In this document: in pieces, positions 39,706-50,463 of the stretch | Layout: every line of letters begins with the position of its first letter | Numbering within the stretch: position 1 is the stretch's first letter | NCBI GenBank assembly: GCA_039680665.1 | Contig: JBDKSM010000122.1 | Coordinates: 6,832-70,831, forward strand | Source of the DNA: Syntrophaceae bacterium | GTDB taxonomy: Bacteria; Desulfobacterota; Desulfomonilia; UBA1062 | Reading direction: 5' to 3' | Length of the DNA: 64,000 bases | The notes under the pieces: model-generated | Database searches by the model: none | The model's input: the letters and a program-made list of their open reading frames with translations, nothing else | Told to the model about the DNA's origin: nothing | Translations under genes and position numbers: made by a program

Positions 39706-40386
39706 ATGTTTAATGCATTGCTTGACACTATCCTACCGCCCCGCTGTCTGGCGTGCGGATCGTCCGACCGGATTGTCATGGGGGTGTGCGCCCCCTGTAC
39801 GGATCGGTTACGCACAATAGCCGGGCCCCTCTGCGATATCTGCGGGGTAGAGCTCGGCACGCCGGGGACTTGCCTGGCCTGTTCGCAAACCAGGCCGCCC
39901 TATGATATGCTCAGGGGCGTCTATCGTTTCGAAGGTCTCCTGGTTGACTTGATTCATGCCTTCAAGTATGGGAGAGCAACCACCCTGAAACGGTTTCTGG
40001 GATGGACGCTGGCCGAGGCTGTGGCGCAGTGGGGAGTACACGCGGATATCATTACCTTTGTCCCGATGCACTGGACAAAGGTGGTCGAGAGAGGCTATAA
40101 CCAATCGGCGTTGCTGGCCAAAGAGGTCTGTGCGCGCCGAGGGGTGACCCTGTCCGGCGATGTACTCCGTAAGACACGCAGGACCGCCGCGCAGGCCGGA
40201 CTGGCGCGCAAAGGGAGGCAGAGGAATGTGGCAGGCGCATTTGCGGCCACCGGGATGCGGGATAAGTCCGTTATGGTTGTCGATGATGTCATCACTACCG
40301 CCTCTACGGCCTACGAGGTGGCCGTGGCCTGCAAAAAGGCCGGCGCGGCATCGGTGGCTTTTGTGGGGTTGGGGAGAGTGCTCTGA
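39706..40386 (+). CDS. comF: ComF-family protein (double zinc-ribbon plus phosphoribosyltransferase domain).
   Basis: N-terminal CLACG...CAPC...CDICG...CLAC and a C-terminal PRTase motif VMVVDDVITTASTA. Confidence 0.75.
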   Translation: MFNALLDTILPPRCLACGSSDRIVMGVCAPCTDRLRTIAGPLCDICGVELGTPGTCLACSQTRPPYDMLRGVYRFEGLLVDLIHAFKYGRATTLKRFLGWTLAEAVAQWGVHADIITFVPMHWTKVVERGYNQSALLAKEVCARRGVTLSGDVLRKTRRTAAQAGLARKGRQRNVAGAFAATGMRDKSVMVVDDVITTASTAYEVAVACKKAGAASVAFVGLGRVL

Positions 40387-41282
40387 TGCCGAACCGTCGT
40401 AAAAAGGATCTGCAATATCTCGAGGAGATACGCATCAGCGATGATCCCATGCCTTGGGAGCAGGGCAGGGAAATCTTATCCGACACCGGTCTGTTTCTCG
40501 GTCGCTTCACCGAAGACGACCTCCGGCATCTTATGGAGCGGGTCGGCCTCATGGAATTGATGCGCTCCAAAGGCTATACCGACCTTATCTTCACCCTCAC
40601 CCGGCAGGATTTTACGTCGCGACTGTATGTGAACTATGGAAGGTCGGGCAAGGAAACGCGCCTGATCGAGCTTATCTTGAGAGAAGGGATCTTCAGGCCC
40701 AAGAAGACCTTTATCGAGCGCTATGATTTCCAGGAGGGCCTGACCATGATCCTGGTCGAATGGCTGGCTTTGCAGAATCCCAAAGGCGCCTTCACCCCCG
40801 AACGGCCGAAGCTGCCGGGCCAGTCCCATCCCGGGTTGGGGGGGCTGCGCAACATGCAGGAGATGCTCTACACCTTCGGTGAAAAATGCCGCAAGGATGC
40901 CATTGTGGACGTGCCGCAGCACTACCATGCCGCCGTCATCTATTCCCGTCTCTACACCAGTATCTACGCGCGTATGTACTCGTTCTTTTCGCCCGTGGAC
41001 GCCGGTCTTTTCAAGGCCTTGACCCGTGATCTGGATGGCTGGCCGCTGGCTCAAGTTTCGCAGGCCATTGGGCTGGGATGCCTATTCAATACCGTCACCG
41101 GTCTCCATGAAACCTGGCGTCCCTCGGAGCAGATCTATCCGGTCACCAAGCGTCTGCACGCCTATTTCGAATCACCCGAGTACCAGGCCATCGTGGAACG
41201 CACGGCCGCCAAGGCGAAGTACGCCATCGATTGGGAAAAGTATCAGGGCATGCTGGAACAGGGTGTCCCGGATGATGTCTGA
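40386..41282 (+). CDS. Hypothetical protein of unknown function.
   Basis: 298-aa ORF translationally coupled to comF (TGATG) and overlapping the next gene. I recognise no motif. Confidence 0.5.
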   Translation: MPNRRKKDLQYLEEIRISDDPMPWEQGREILSDTGLFLGRFTEDDLRHLMERVGLMELMRSKGYTDLIFTLTRQDFTSRLYVNYGRSGKETRLIELILREGIFRPKKTFIERYDFQEGLTMILVEWLALQNPKGAFTPERPKLPGQSHPGLGGLRNMQEMLYTFGEKCRKDAIVDVPQHYHAAVIYSRLYTSIYARMYSFFSPVDAGLFKALTRDLDGWPLAQVSQAIGLGCLFNTVTGLHETWRPSEQIYPVTKRLHAYFESPEYQAIVERTAAKAKYAIDWEKYQGMLEQGVPDDV

Positions 41283-42549
41283 ATTCGCTGTGATCGGCCA
41301 TGGTAAGGTCGGCGGCGCCCTGCTGTCGATCCTGACGCACGCAGGTTTCACGCCCGCCTGGGTGGTGAGTTCCAAGACGTTGCGCGGCAATAGATATCAG
41401 GTGCATACCGCGCTTCCCGCACAACCGGAGAATGCCCGCATCGTCTTCATCACCGTTCCGGACGGCCGCATAGAACCCATCGCCCGTGCAATGGCCAGAC
41501 TCTGGGGTGAGAAGGCCAGCGGCCTTATCGTCTATCACTTAAGCGGCCTATTGACCTCCGAGGCCTTGGGGGACCTGGCCGAAAAAGGGGCCGCCGTGGC
41601 CAGCCTGCACCCCCTGCAGTCCATTCTCGATCCCCGCAAGGCCCGCGCGGCCTTCAAAGGCAGCATCTTCACCGTGGAAGGCGATCCCCGCGCCGTGCTG
41701 CAGGCGCGTTCGATTGTCGATGCCCTGGGCGGCGAGCTGATGAGCATCGGCAAAGAGGATAAGGTGGTCTATCACACCGCGGCCGCGATTGCCTCGAACT
41801 ACCTCGTCAGTCTCTTGACCCAATCCGAAACCCTGATGCAGTCCATCGGCCTTGAGCGGCGTCATATCCTGCCCCTGGTAAAGGGGACGCTCGCCAATAT
41901 CGCGTCCCATGGGAGATCCGCCCTGACCGGCCCGATCAGCAGGGCGGACTGGTCCACGGTGGCCAGGCACGTAAAGGCCCTGGAAGGCGCCTTTCCCGAC
42001 ATCCTGCCTTCTTACATGGCCCTGGGCCGCTATACCTCCAAGCTGGCCGCGCAGCACTGGCCGGCCGATCTGGGGGTAACATCTAAGCTTCTGGACGGGG
42101 ACGAGCTCGCCCGCAAGGCAGCGCTCATGAAACGGCGCGGTTTGAAAATCGTTTTTACCAACGGCTGCTTCGACATCCTGCATGCCGGCCACGTGGCCTA
42201 TCTCGCCCAGGCCCGGTCGCTGGGCGACTGCCTGATTCTGGGCCTCAACGCCGACGCTTCGGTGGCGCGCCTCAAAGGGCCCGGGCGGCCGGTCAACGAC
42301 CAGGCCTCCCGCGCCGCGGTCCTGGCCGGACTTGAGAGCATCGACTATATCAGCATATTCGAGGAAGACACCCCCTACAACCTCATCGCGCGCGTGCGGC
42401 CGGATATCCTGGTCAAGGGTGGCGACTGGCGGGTGGAGGATATCGTGGGCGCCGATATCGTTAAGACCGGGGGCGGACACGTTTTGAGCCTGCCTTTCAA
42501 GGACGGCCACTCCACGACCTCGATCATCGAAAAGCTCAAGGAATCCTAA
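41272..42549 (+). CDS. Fusion protein: N-terminal Rossmann-like DUF2520/NADP-oxidoreductase-like domain and C-terminal D-glycero-beta-D-manno-heptose-1-phosphate adenylyltransferase (RfaE/HldE domain II, cytidylyltransferase fold).
   Basis: N-terminus VIGHGKVGGAL (GxGxxG). The C-terminal 150 aa contain GCFDILHAGHVAYLAQAR (HxGH nucleotidyltransferase motif) and ISIFEED. The ORF track's upstream extension to 41026 is an artifact. Confidence 0.7.
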   Translation: MMSEFAVIGHGKVGGALLSILTHAGFTPAWVVSSKTLRGNRYQVHTALPAQPENARIVFITVPDGRIEPIARAMARLWGEKASGLIVYHLSGLLTSEALGDLAEKGAAVASLHPLQSILDPRKARAAFKGSIFTVEGDPRAVLQARSIVDALGGELMSIGKEDKVVYHTAAAIASNYLVSLLTQSETLMQSIGLERRHILPLVKGTLANIASHGRSALTGPISRADWSTVARHVKALEGAFPDILPSYMALGRYTSKLAAQHWPADLGVTSKLLDGDELARKAALMKRRGLKIVFTNGCFDILHAGHVAYLAQARSLGDCLILGLNADASVARLKGPGRPVNDQASRAAVLAGLESIDYISIFEEDTPYNLIARVRPDILVKGGDWRVEDIVGADIVKTGGGHVLSLPFKDGHSTTSIIEKLKES

Positions 42550-42654
42550 TCAGACGGACGCCGGGATTTCCCCAATCTTTTTAGAATTCCGGCCTCAAGA
42601 CCTCGCGATACATCCCCCAGAGAGCCGCCTTGTGCGCTTTGTTAGCGCCGGTTC

Positions 42655-43539
42655 TTAACCGGCCGCCGGGCTTATGCGTTCCAGAAACCCATCAATGAGT
42701 GCGGCAGTCGTCTGCGGCTGTTCCATGGGTATGAGGTGCCCGGCGCCTTGAACCAACGTATAGCTCCCTTGCGGGAACAGGGTGGTGGCCTTTTTGAGAT
42801 CGATATAGTGCCGGTTCTCGCTGGCCCCGCCCTCTACGACCAGTACCGGACACGGGACGTTCGCAAGGATAGGCCAGGGATCATACAGCATGCCGCCCAT
42901 GAAGAGGGCCGCCTCGCGCTCGGGCGAACAGGTCAGATTGAGCCCGCCGGTCTGCACTTCCCGCAAGCCATAGCGCACATACAGGTCCAGCATCTCACTA
43001 TCCCAGTTCTTGAAGAGCGACCTGGATTTCAGATAGGCCAGGGCCTCTTCGCCGCTGTCCCAGTGGTTGCGCCGTTTGATCGACTTGGAGGCCAGGGGAT
43101 GTTGATCCACGCTCAGCTGGACGCCGTAGAAATCCTCGGGCAGGAAGATGGGCTCGATCAGGATCATGCCGCTGGCTTTCAGGCCGAACGCGCCGGCCGC
43201 CAGGGTGATGACCGTGGCGCCCATGGAATGCCCGACCATGAGTGGAGCTTGAAGACCGAGCCGCTCGCAGAAAACCTTGAGGTCCTGGGCCAGGATCATC
43301 CAGTTCACGCCGCCCTTGTCCGGCTCGTTCAGGCGATGATCGCAGAAGTAGGGGGCGATCACCCGGTGTGCGGCCGCCAGCTTAAGCGCGATGGGATGCC
43401 ACAGCCAGGGCAGGAAGCCCGTGGCATGCAGGAGTACGATGGGCGTGCTCTCCGCCAACCCGTCGTACTGGAGATAGGGCAGCTCCACCTCGCCGATGTC
43501 CAGAACCAGAACCTGCGGTTGTACGTCTCCAAGCGTCAT
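42655..43539 (-). CDS. Alpha/beta-fold hydrolase.
   Basis: Nucleophile elbow GHSMG, an HG oxyanion region (LLHATGF) and a C-terminal GAGH. The start at 43539 has GGAG 8 nt upstream; the ORF track's alternative is 43602. Confidence 0.7.
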   Translation of the reverse strand: MTLGDVQPQVLVLDIGEVELPYLQYDGLAESTPIVLLHATGFLPWLWHPIALKLAAAHRVIAPYFCDHRLNEPDKGGVNWMILAQDLKVFCERLGLQAPLMVGHSMGATVITLAAGAFGLKASGMILIEPIFLPEDFYGVQLSVDQHPLASKSIKRRNHWDSGEEALAYLKSRSLFKNWDSEMLDLYVRYGLREVQTGGLNLTCSPEREAALFMGGMLYDPWPILANVPCPVLVVEGGASENRHYIDLKKATTLFPQGSYTLVQGAGHLIPMEQPQTTAALIDGFLERISPAAG

Positions 43540-43692
43540 TCCAAAAACTCCATCGCTGATGGGATACATCATCTGATCTAACAGAAAATACGGTGAAAGC
43601 ATACCATAAGCATGGCATGATAAAAAGAACCTATCCTAAGCATGATTTTTTATATTGTTGACTCTTTTCGTAGGCGCTAGGATTGTGACGAT

Positions 43693-44943
43693 ATGGCACA
43701 ACGACCCGGGCTCATAACCCTGTTGCGGGCGCTCAACCACCGCAATTACCGTCTCTACTTCGGAGGCCAGGCCGTATCCCTGATCGGCACCTGGATGCAG
43801 CAGGTGGCCATGAGCTGGCTGGTCTACCGCCTGACGAATTCAACCATGCTCTTAGGCGTGGTCGGGTTTGCCGCTCAGTTGCCGATTTTCCTCTTTGCCT
43901 CTTTGGCCGGTGTGTTCGCGGACCGTCACAACCGTCACCGCATTTTGATCGTCACCCAGTTTTCCTCCATGCTGCAGGGTTTGGCACTGGCCGTGCTCAC
44001 CTTATCAGGTGTGATCCATGTCTGGCATATCATTTTTTTAAGTATCGTCCTGGGCATGATCAATGCCTTTGACATGCCGGCGCGTCAGTCGTTCATCATC
44101 GATATCGTAGAAGACAAGCAAGACCTGGGCAATGCCATTGCATTGAATTCCTTCATATTCAACGGCGCGCGCCTGATCGGCCCATCCATTGCCGGCGTGC
44201 TCATCGCACTGGTGGGCGAGGGGCTCTGTTTCCTCATCAACGCAATCAGTTACGCGGCCATTATCGCGGCCTTGCTGGCCATGATCATACCGGCCAAGGT
44301 GCGCGCGCAGGAGCAGTCCTCATTCCTCAAAGGATTGTTGGAGGGTTATCGTTATGCCTTACACACCGCGCCCATCCGTTCCATCCTCCTGCACCTGGCG
44401 CTCATGAGCTTCATGGGCATGCCCTATGGCGTTCTGATGCCGTACTTCGCCCGCGATGTCCTGCACGGCGGTCCGCATACCCTGGGATTTCTCATGGCCG
44501 CCTCCGGCCTCGGCGCCTTAGCGGGGGCGGTTTACCTTGCGTCCCGCCTTTCCATCCGCGGTTTGGACCGGGTGATCGTTTTCGCTTCCATCGTCTTCGG
44601 TTTGGGCGCCATCGCCTTCTCTTTTTCGCAGCTCCTGATCCTCTCCATGGTCATGCTGCTTTTCATGGGTTTCGGCCTGATCGTCCAGATGGCCTCCTCC
44701 AACACCATCCTGCAAACAATTGTGTCTGAAGACAAACGCGGCCGCGTCATGAGCCTCTACGCCATGGCATTTGCCGGCATGGCGCCTTTCGGCAGCCTCT
44801 TCGGCGGATTTTTATCCGCGCATATCGGCCCGCCGCATACCTTGATCATCTGCGGTCTCGCCTGCACGCTGGGCGCGCTTTACTTCGCCTACACTTTCCG
44901 GATATCGGGCGCCGCGCCAGGCTTGGGTAAAGAGCAGGCCTGA
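43693..44943 (+). CDS. MFS transporter (EntS/YbdA-like family).
   Basis: Twelve predicted TM helices and the N-terminal pattern RNYRLYFGGQAVSLIGTWM. Confidence 0.8.
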   Translation: MAQRPGLITLLRALNHRNYRLYFGGQAVSLIGTWMQQVAMSWLVYRLTNSTMLLGVVGFAAQLPIFLFASLAGVFADRHNRHRILIVTQFSSMLQGLALAVLTLSGVIHVWHIIFLSIVLGMINAFDMPARQSFIIDIVEDKQDLGNAIALNSFIFNGARLIGPSIAGVLIALVGEGLCFLINAISYAAIIAALLAMIIPAKVRAQEQSSFLKGLLEGYRYALHTAPIRSILLHLALMSFMGMPYGVLMPYFARDVLHGGPHTLGFLMAASGLGALAGAVYLASRLSIRGLDRVIVFASIVFGLGAIAFSFSQLLILSMVMLLFMGFGLIVQMASSNTILQTIVSEDKRGRVMSLYAMAFAGMAPFGSLFGGFLSAHIGPPHTLIICGLACTLGALYFAYTFRISGAAPGLGKEQA

Positions 44944-44977
44944 TGCCATTGCTCAATCAGGCCTGCCGTGGAGTTCT

Positions 44978-45466
44978 TCAGGCTGAGGGCTGGATATACT
45001 GTACGAGTCTTGCCCGCCAACCCTCCACAATCGAGCGGTTGGAGGCCCCGGGAAAGAAGCGTCCCGGAGCGAAAAGCGGATATTTCTTGCCGTTTCTGAG
45101 CTCTAAGACCAGGGAATAGAAGTTGGCGAGGTTGGACTTTTTCCCCAGATACCCGACGCTCACCTGCATGATATCACTAAAAGCGATGATATGTCGCTTG
45201 GTCCCGAAAAGGGTCTTATCCGTAATGCTGATGCGCCGGGTGGCAGGGTCGACGATTACGGTCTGACTGCCCTGCAGCACGACGCCGAGCACGCCGATGA
45301 CCAGCAGCAGGATGCCTAAGAGAAACCCGGACAGGCTGTTGGTCGGGCCCGGGCCCGTGAAATCATGAAAACCGATTGCCAAGGCCAAACCAACCACCGC
45401 GCACCCTACCGCGGAGGCGATCTGCCTGCCGGATTGGCTTTTTGAAATCCATTTTTCCATCTTCAT
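44978..45466 (-). CDS. Hypothetical small membrane protein.
   Basis: 162-aa ORF with two hydrophobic helices. No recognisable motif. Could be spurious. Confidence 0.3.
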   Translation of the reverse strand: MKMEKWISKSQSGRQIASAVGCAVVGLALAIGFHDFTGPGPTNSLSGFLLGILLLVIGVLGVVLQGSQTVIVDPATRRISITDKTLFGTKRHIIAFSDIMQVSVGYLGKKSNLANFYSLVLELRNGKKYPLFAPGRFFPGASNRSIVEGWRARLVQYIQPSA

Positions 45467-45818
45467 TCTCCCGGAGGGACGTTCCTCATATCTTGCATAT
45501 GGACCCCACCAAGGGATCTTATCGGCACGCCTGCCGAACCTGCCTTAAGGCCTTGGGAAGGAATCGTCCCGGGCCGGGTCCGGAAAGGTCTCGCCCGCGA
45601 TCATGTTGCGGCGTGAATCATTGATGCATAAATGTCAAGGGCCTTTAGTTTCGAAGAGAGCTCTTGGACAAGAGCCGCTCATTGGAGAGGGAGGGTGGCA
45701 TGGCATTCGAGCATGGCGGCGAGCTCCGGCGCCACCAATGCATACCGTTCACCGTTTCTCACCCATGCCGCCCACGCGGTATACGGATTCTTGGAGCGGT
45801 TTCTCTGATGTTCAAGAT

Positions 45819-46349
45819 TCATGATCGCCCTTTCGTTTTCCTAAAGAACTCGATCATCCCTAACATCATGAACGCTCTGGTTAGCAATGAAAAAAAAACG
45901 ACATAGGAGATGAGCAGCGGAATTTCAGCATAGAGTTTCCGAGGGTCACCGCTTCCCCATCCCCAGGCTTGCCAGGCATATTCACCATAGACCTGATGGA
46001 GAACAAGATAGACGAGGAGCGAGAGGATGCCTGTTCCGAAGCAGAGCCAGGCACTCCTAAGCATAGTGCGCCGTTTCCTTAGGCTTTGGAATTGATCGCG
46101 GCCGATGAAGGTAACCAGGATTACGAAGAGGGTCACTATCGTTGCCATGGTGGTGATCAGATCCGGGGTAAGCTTGTCAAATACGCCACCATCAGTCCCG
46201 TATGAACCCATTGGGATCGCATTAAGCAGCATGTTGGAAAGGGGGAAGAAAGCCGAAAAGCCCGCCAGGATACCCCACAGGCTCTTCAAAAAGCTCAGAA
46301 ACTCTCTGAGTTCCTTTAAAGAGCCCTTGTCGGAATCAGGAACGTTCAT
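45819..46349 (-). CDS. Hypothetical integral membrane protein.
   Basis: 176 aa with 4 predicted TM helices. Lower GC. Confidence 0.35.
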   Translation of the reverse strand: MNVPDSDKGSLKELREFLSFLKSLWGILAGFSAFFPLSNMLLNAIPMGSYGTDGGVFDKLTPDLITTMATIVTLFVILVTFIGRDQFQSLRKRRTMLRSAWLCFGTGILSLLVYLVLHQVYGEYAWQAWGWGSGDPRKLYAEIPLLISYVVFFSLLTRAFMMLGMIEFFRKTKGRS

Positions 46350-46487
46350 ACCCTTGTCTGCCTTGCGCTCGTACGGTTGGTCGCACCGTCTAACACCAAT
46401 ATATGTCTCGTTGCCGCGCAGTCAAGAGACCAACGCGCAGGCGTGGTGTATTTTTTCGAGATGGTATGCTAGGGTGGAAGGCAGCTG

Positions 46488-47819
46488 ATGAACACTATAT
46501 CCAGGCAAACCATCATCATCCTCCTGCTGATCGTGGTCAACGGCATCTTCGCGCTGGCCGAGGTGGCGGTGGTGGCCTCGCGCAAGACCCGGCTCAAGCA
46601 GCTGGCCGAGGATGGCGACTCCAAGGCCCGGACCGCCCTTGAGCTGGCTGAGTCGCCCAATCGTTTTTTGTCGACCGTGCAGGTCGGGATCACGCTGATC
46701 GGGGTCCTGGCCGGGGCCTTCGGCGGCGCGACCCTGTCCGAGGAGATCGCCGTATATATGCGCAGGGTTCCCGTCTTGTCCGGCCATGCCGATTCCATCA
46801 GCTTAGGTATCGTGGTGTTCGCCATCACCTACCTGTCTTTGGTCATCGGCGAGCTCGTGCCCAAGCGAATCGCCCTGCACAACCCGGAACGCGTCGCCGC
46901 GCTCATCGCCGCGCCCATGCAGAGGCTTTCCCGACTGGCCGCTCCCCTTGTGGCCGTGCTCAGCTACTCGACCGACGCGGTGCTCGGTCTCATCGGACTG
47001 CGGACCTTAAAGGAGCCGTTGATAACCGAGCGGGAGATCACGGGCATGATCGAGCAGGGCGCCTTAGCCGGGATCTTCGCCCCGGCCGAGCATACCATGG
47101 TCAAGCGCGTGTTCCGTCTGGGGGACCGCACCGTGGGTTCGCTCATGACCCTCAGGCAGGATATCATGTGGCTCGATCTGGACGACGCCCAAGAGGACAA
47201 CCTGAAGAAACTGTCTTTGAGCGCCTACTCGCGCGTACCGGTGTGCCGGGGGGCTCTGGACAACGTGGCCGGGATCCTGAGGGTCAAGGACCTCTTGCGG
47301 CAACACCTGGCCTGCGCCCAACCGGATATCGAGGGCCTGATGCTGGAACCCGTGTTCGTGCCGGAAAGCCTGCCGGCCCTGAAGCTCTTGGAAAAGCTCA
47401 AGGAGGAGCGCACCCACATCGTCATCGTGGTCGATGAGTACGGCAGCGTCAAAGGCCTCGTGACGCTCAACGACATCCTGGAGGCCATCGTGGGAGAGCT
47501 GCCCTCCCTGGACGAGTCCGACGAAACGTACGCGGTGCGCCGTGAGGACGGCTCCTGGCTGCTCGACGGGATGCTGCCCATGGACGAGTTCAAGGATCTG
47601 CTCGGTCTCGGAGGGTTTAAGGAGGAGGAATCGGGGAGATTCCTCACCTTGAGCGGCTACGTCTTCACGAAAATGGGTCGCATCCCCGCGGCCGGAGATC
47701 GGTTCGAGAGTGACGGACTGCGGTTCGAGATCATGGATATGGACGGCAACCGTATCGACAAGATCCTGGTTTCGCCGCTGGCACCGGGAAATGATAATCA
47801 TAAGGACGGGCATGCATAG
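46488..47819 (+). CDS. Hemolysin/CNNM-family protein (DUF21 TM domain, CBS pair and CorC_HlyC domain).
   Basis: N-terminus IFALAEVAVVASRKTRL, a CBS pair and a C-terminal transporter-associated domain. Confidence 0.85.
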   Translation: MNTISRQTIIILLLIVVNGIFALAEVAVVASRKTRLKQLAEDGDSKARTALELAESPNRFLSTVQVGITLIGVLAGAFGGATLSEEIAVYMRRVPVLSGHADSISLGIVVFAITYLSLVIGELVPKRIALHNPERVAALIAAPMQRLSRLAAPLVAVLSYSTDAVLGLIGLRTLKEPLITEREITGMIEQGALAGIFAPAEHTMVKRVFRLGDRTVGSLMTLRQDIMWLDLDDAQEDNLKKLSLSAYSRVPVCRGALDNVAGILRVKDLLRQHLACAQPDIEGLMLEPVFVPESLPALKLLEKLKEERTHIVIVVDEYGSVKGLVTLNDILEAIVGELPSLDESDETYAVRREDGSWLLDGMLPMDEFKDLLGLGGFKEEESGRFLTLSGYVFTKMGRIPAAGDRFESDGLRFEIMDMDGNRIDKILVSPLAPGNDNHKDGHA

Positions 47820-47851
47820 GCCCCTCATTCGATGCCATGAAAGGAGACCGT

Positions 47852-48394
47852 ATGGCTGTAAGGATGCCATTGCCGGAGATCGAGAGTCTGACCCCCGAGG
47901 TCAGAGACACGCTCAAGGCCTTCCCGCTCAACGTTTTTCTCATGGCGGCCAATGCCCCGGCGAGCCTCAAGGGTCTGGCACAATTGGCCCGCTCGATCCT
48001 GTTCGAGAGCGCGTTTGACCCTAAAAAACGTGAAATCGCCGTACTGCGCGTGGCCCACGTGACGCATGCGCTCTACGAATGGACGCACCATGTCGAGCTG
48101 GCCACGTTTCTAGGGCTTACGGAGCAGGAGATCGAATGCATCAGGTTCGAGGACCCGGTGAGTTCACTGGGCGAAGAGGGCAACCTCCTGTGCCGGGTGG
48201 CCGATGAAATCAGCCGGGACGTGAGATTGAGCGACGAGGCGTTCGGGCTCGTGCTTAAGCGCTACGGGGCGCACCAGGCCACCGAACTCATCCTGTGCGT
48301 CAGCTATTTCAACTTCTTAAGCCGCTTCCTGGAATCCACGCGCGTGGAGCTCGAAGACCAGGCCGCCTACGAGCGGCTCAGAAAGATCACTTGA
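47852..48394 (+). CDS. Carboxymuconolactone decarboxylase-family (AhpD-like) protein.
   Basis: CMD-fold helices. AAGGAG lies 6 nt upstream of the ATG at 47852; the ORF track begins at 47837. Confidence 0.7.
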   Translation: MAVRMPLPEIESLTPEVRDTLKAFPLNVFLMAANAPASLKGLAQLARSILFESAFDPKKREIAVLRVAHVTHALYEWTHHVELATFLGLTEQEIECIRFEDPVSSLGEEGNLLCRVADEISRDVRLSDEAFGLVLKRYGAHQATELILCVSYFNFLSRFLESTRVELEDQAAYERLRKIT

Positions 48395-48493
48395 AAACGG
48401 AACGGCCGCGACATCCGCCAGGGGAGTTCGAACAGCGCTTGCATGCACCGAGCCCCCGCGCTATAGGAAAAAAAACGCTCGACAGGAGGTAGC

Positions 48494-49462
48494 ATGTTCC
48501 CTGAAAACAGGCCCAGAAGGCTCAGACGCACCGCCGGCCTACGCCGCATGGTGCGCGAAACGATAGTGGCGCCGGATGACCTGATCTACCCGCTCTTCAT
48601 CAGGGAAGGCCGTTCCATCAAGGAGACGCTTGCCGCCATGCCGGGCCAGATGCGCTACTCGCCCGACACGGTGGCGGCCGCCGCCAGCCAGATTGCGGCG
48701 TTAGGCATCCCGGCCGTGCTGCTCTTCGGCATCCCGGAGAAGAAGGATGCCTTCGGTACCCAGGCGCACCGCCGCGACGGCGTGGTGCAGCGCGCCGTGC
48801 AGGAGATCAAGCGTGCCTGTCCGGACCTGATCGTGATTACGGATGTGTGTCTGTGCGAATATACCGACCATGGCCACTGCGGCATCTTGGATGAGACCGG
48901 GCGGGTGTCCAACGACGACACCCTGGAGGTGCTCGCCAAGGTGGCTGTTTCGCATGCCAAGTCCGGGGCCGACATGGTGGCGCCCTCGGACATGATGGAC
49001 GGCCGGGTAGGGATTATCCGCGAGGCCCTGGACGAGGGCGGCTACGAACAGACCCCCATCCTGAGCTATGCCGTGAAGTATGCCTCGGCCTTTTACGGGC
49101 CTTTCCGCGAAGCGGCCGGTTCGACCCCGTCCTTCGGCGACCGCAAGGCCTACCAGATGGACCCGGCCAACGTGCGCGAGGCCCTACGCGAGGCCGCGCT
49201 GGATGTCGAGGAGGGCGCGGACATCATCATGGTCAAGCCGGCGCTGCCGTACCTGGATGTCATCCGCACCTTGGCCGATGAGTTCGACGAGCCCCTGTGC
49301 GCTTATCAGGTTTCGGGCGAATACGCCATGATCAAGGCCGCCGCGGCCGCGGGATGGCTGGACGAGGACCGTGCTATCCTGGAGAGCATCACGGCCGTCA
49401 AGCGCGCCGGCGCCGACATGATCATCAGCTACTTTGCCCCGCGCATCGTCGAGCTCTTATGA
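48494..49462 (+). CDS. hemB: Porphobilinogen synthase (delta-aminolevulinic acid dehydratase).
   Basis: N-terminus [17 protein letters not shown], active-site lysines and the CxCxYTxHGHCG zinc site. Confidence 0.9.
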   Translation: MFPENRPRRLRRTAGLRRMVRETIVAPDDLIYPLFIREGRSIKETLAAMPGQMRYSPDTVAAAASQIAALGIPAVLLFGIPEKKDAFGTQAHRRDGVVQRAVQEIKRACPDLIVITDVCLCEYTDHGHCGILDETGRVSNDDTLEVLAKVAVSHAKSGADMVAPSDMMDGRVGIIREALDEGGYEQTPILSYAVKYASAFYGPFREAAGSTPSFGDRKAYQMDPANVREALREAALDVEEGADIIMVKPALPYLDVIRTLADEFDEPLCAYQVSGEYAMIKAAAAAGWLDEDRAILESITAVKRAGADMIISYFAPRIVELL

Positions 49463-50463
49463 TGAAGGCCCCCTTCATCCTGGCTTGGGAGCTGACCAGG
49501 GCCTGCAACCTGGAGTGCCTGCACTGCCGCGCAGTGGCCACGCCCGAGCGCGACCCGGCCGAGCTGACCACGGACCAGGGTCGCCGGCTCTTAGGCGACC
49601 TGGCCGCCCTGGGCACCAAGATGGTGATCCTCTCGGGGGGCGAGGCCCTGATGCGGCCTGACGTCCTGGATCTGGCACGCTACGGGGCACAGGCGGGACT
49701 GCGCATGACCCTGGCCACCAACGGCGCCTTGGCCACACCCGAGGTTGCACGCGCGATTGAAGCCTCCGGCATCGTGCGGGTATCGGTCAGCCTCGACGGA
49801 GTTACGCCCGAGGTGCATGATACGCTGCGCGGGCGGCCGGGCGCGTTCGAGCTGGCCTTATCCGGCATCGAAAACCTCATCCGCGCCGGGGTCCAGGTGC
49901 AGGTCAACACCACCGTGGCGGCCATGAACGTCGATCAGATGGAGGCCTTCCCGGCCTTCATCAAGTCGCTCAAGGCCATGGCCTGGCACGTGTTCTTCCT
50001 GGTGCCCACCGGCCGGGGACATGACCTGGCGCCCGCTACGATCCAGGAGTATCGTGCCATGTTGGAGGGTTTCCATAAGCTCTATGCCCAGGGCGGCATC
50101 GAATGCAAGGCCACCTGCGCGCCCCAGTTCTACCGCATGCTCTCCGAGGCCGGACAACCGGTCAGGACCAAGGGCTGCCTGGCGGGCGACGGTTTCGGGT
50201 TCGTATCATCGATCGGCGAGGTCCAGCCCTGCGGTTTCCTGGCGCTTGCCTGCGGGAATGTGAAGGAACAACCGTTCGAGGAGATCTGGAGAACTGCGCC
50301 GGATTTGGTACGGCTGCGGCAGGCCAAGGATTTGAGCGGCAAATGCGGCCGTTGCACCTATCAAGCCGTGTGCGGCGGCTGCCGGGCGCGGGCCTTCGAG
50401 ATTCTGGGCGACAGCATGGCGACCGACCCGATCTGCTGGTTTGGCGATGGACAAGCACGATAA
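49459..50463 (+). CDS. Radical SAM/SPASM protein of the alternative heme biosynthesis pathway (AhbC/AhbD, NirJ-like).
   Basis: CNLECLHC radical-SAM cluster motif. C-terminal SPASM cysteines ([18 protein letters not shown]). ATGA coupling with hemB. Lies next to a siroheme-decarboxylase-like gene. Confidence 0.7.
   Translation: MMKAPFILAWELTRACNLECLHCRAVATPERDPAELTTDQGRRLLGDLAALGTKMVILSGGEALMRPDVLDLARYGAQAGLRMTLATNGALATPEVARAIEASGIVRVSVSLDGVTPEVHDTLRGRPGAFELALSGIENLIRAGVQVQVNTTVAAMNVDQMEAFPAFIKSLKAMAWHVFFLVPTGRGHDLAPATIQEYRAMLEGFHKLYAQGGIECKATCAPQFYRMLSEAGQPVRTKGCLAGDGFGFVSSIGEVQPCGFLALACGNVKEQPFEEIWRTAPDLVRLRQAKDLSGKCGRCTYQAVCGGCRARAFEILGDSMATDPICWFGDGQAR

Noticed and set aside
41026-41271. 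82-codon 5' extension of the DUF2520-HldE fusion ORF.
   Set aside because: It overlaps the upstream gene in another frame with Ser/Pro/Arg-rich translation. The ATGATG at 41272 gives the Rossmann GxGxxG N-terminus.
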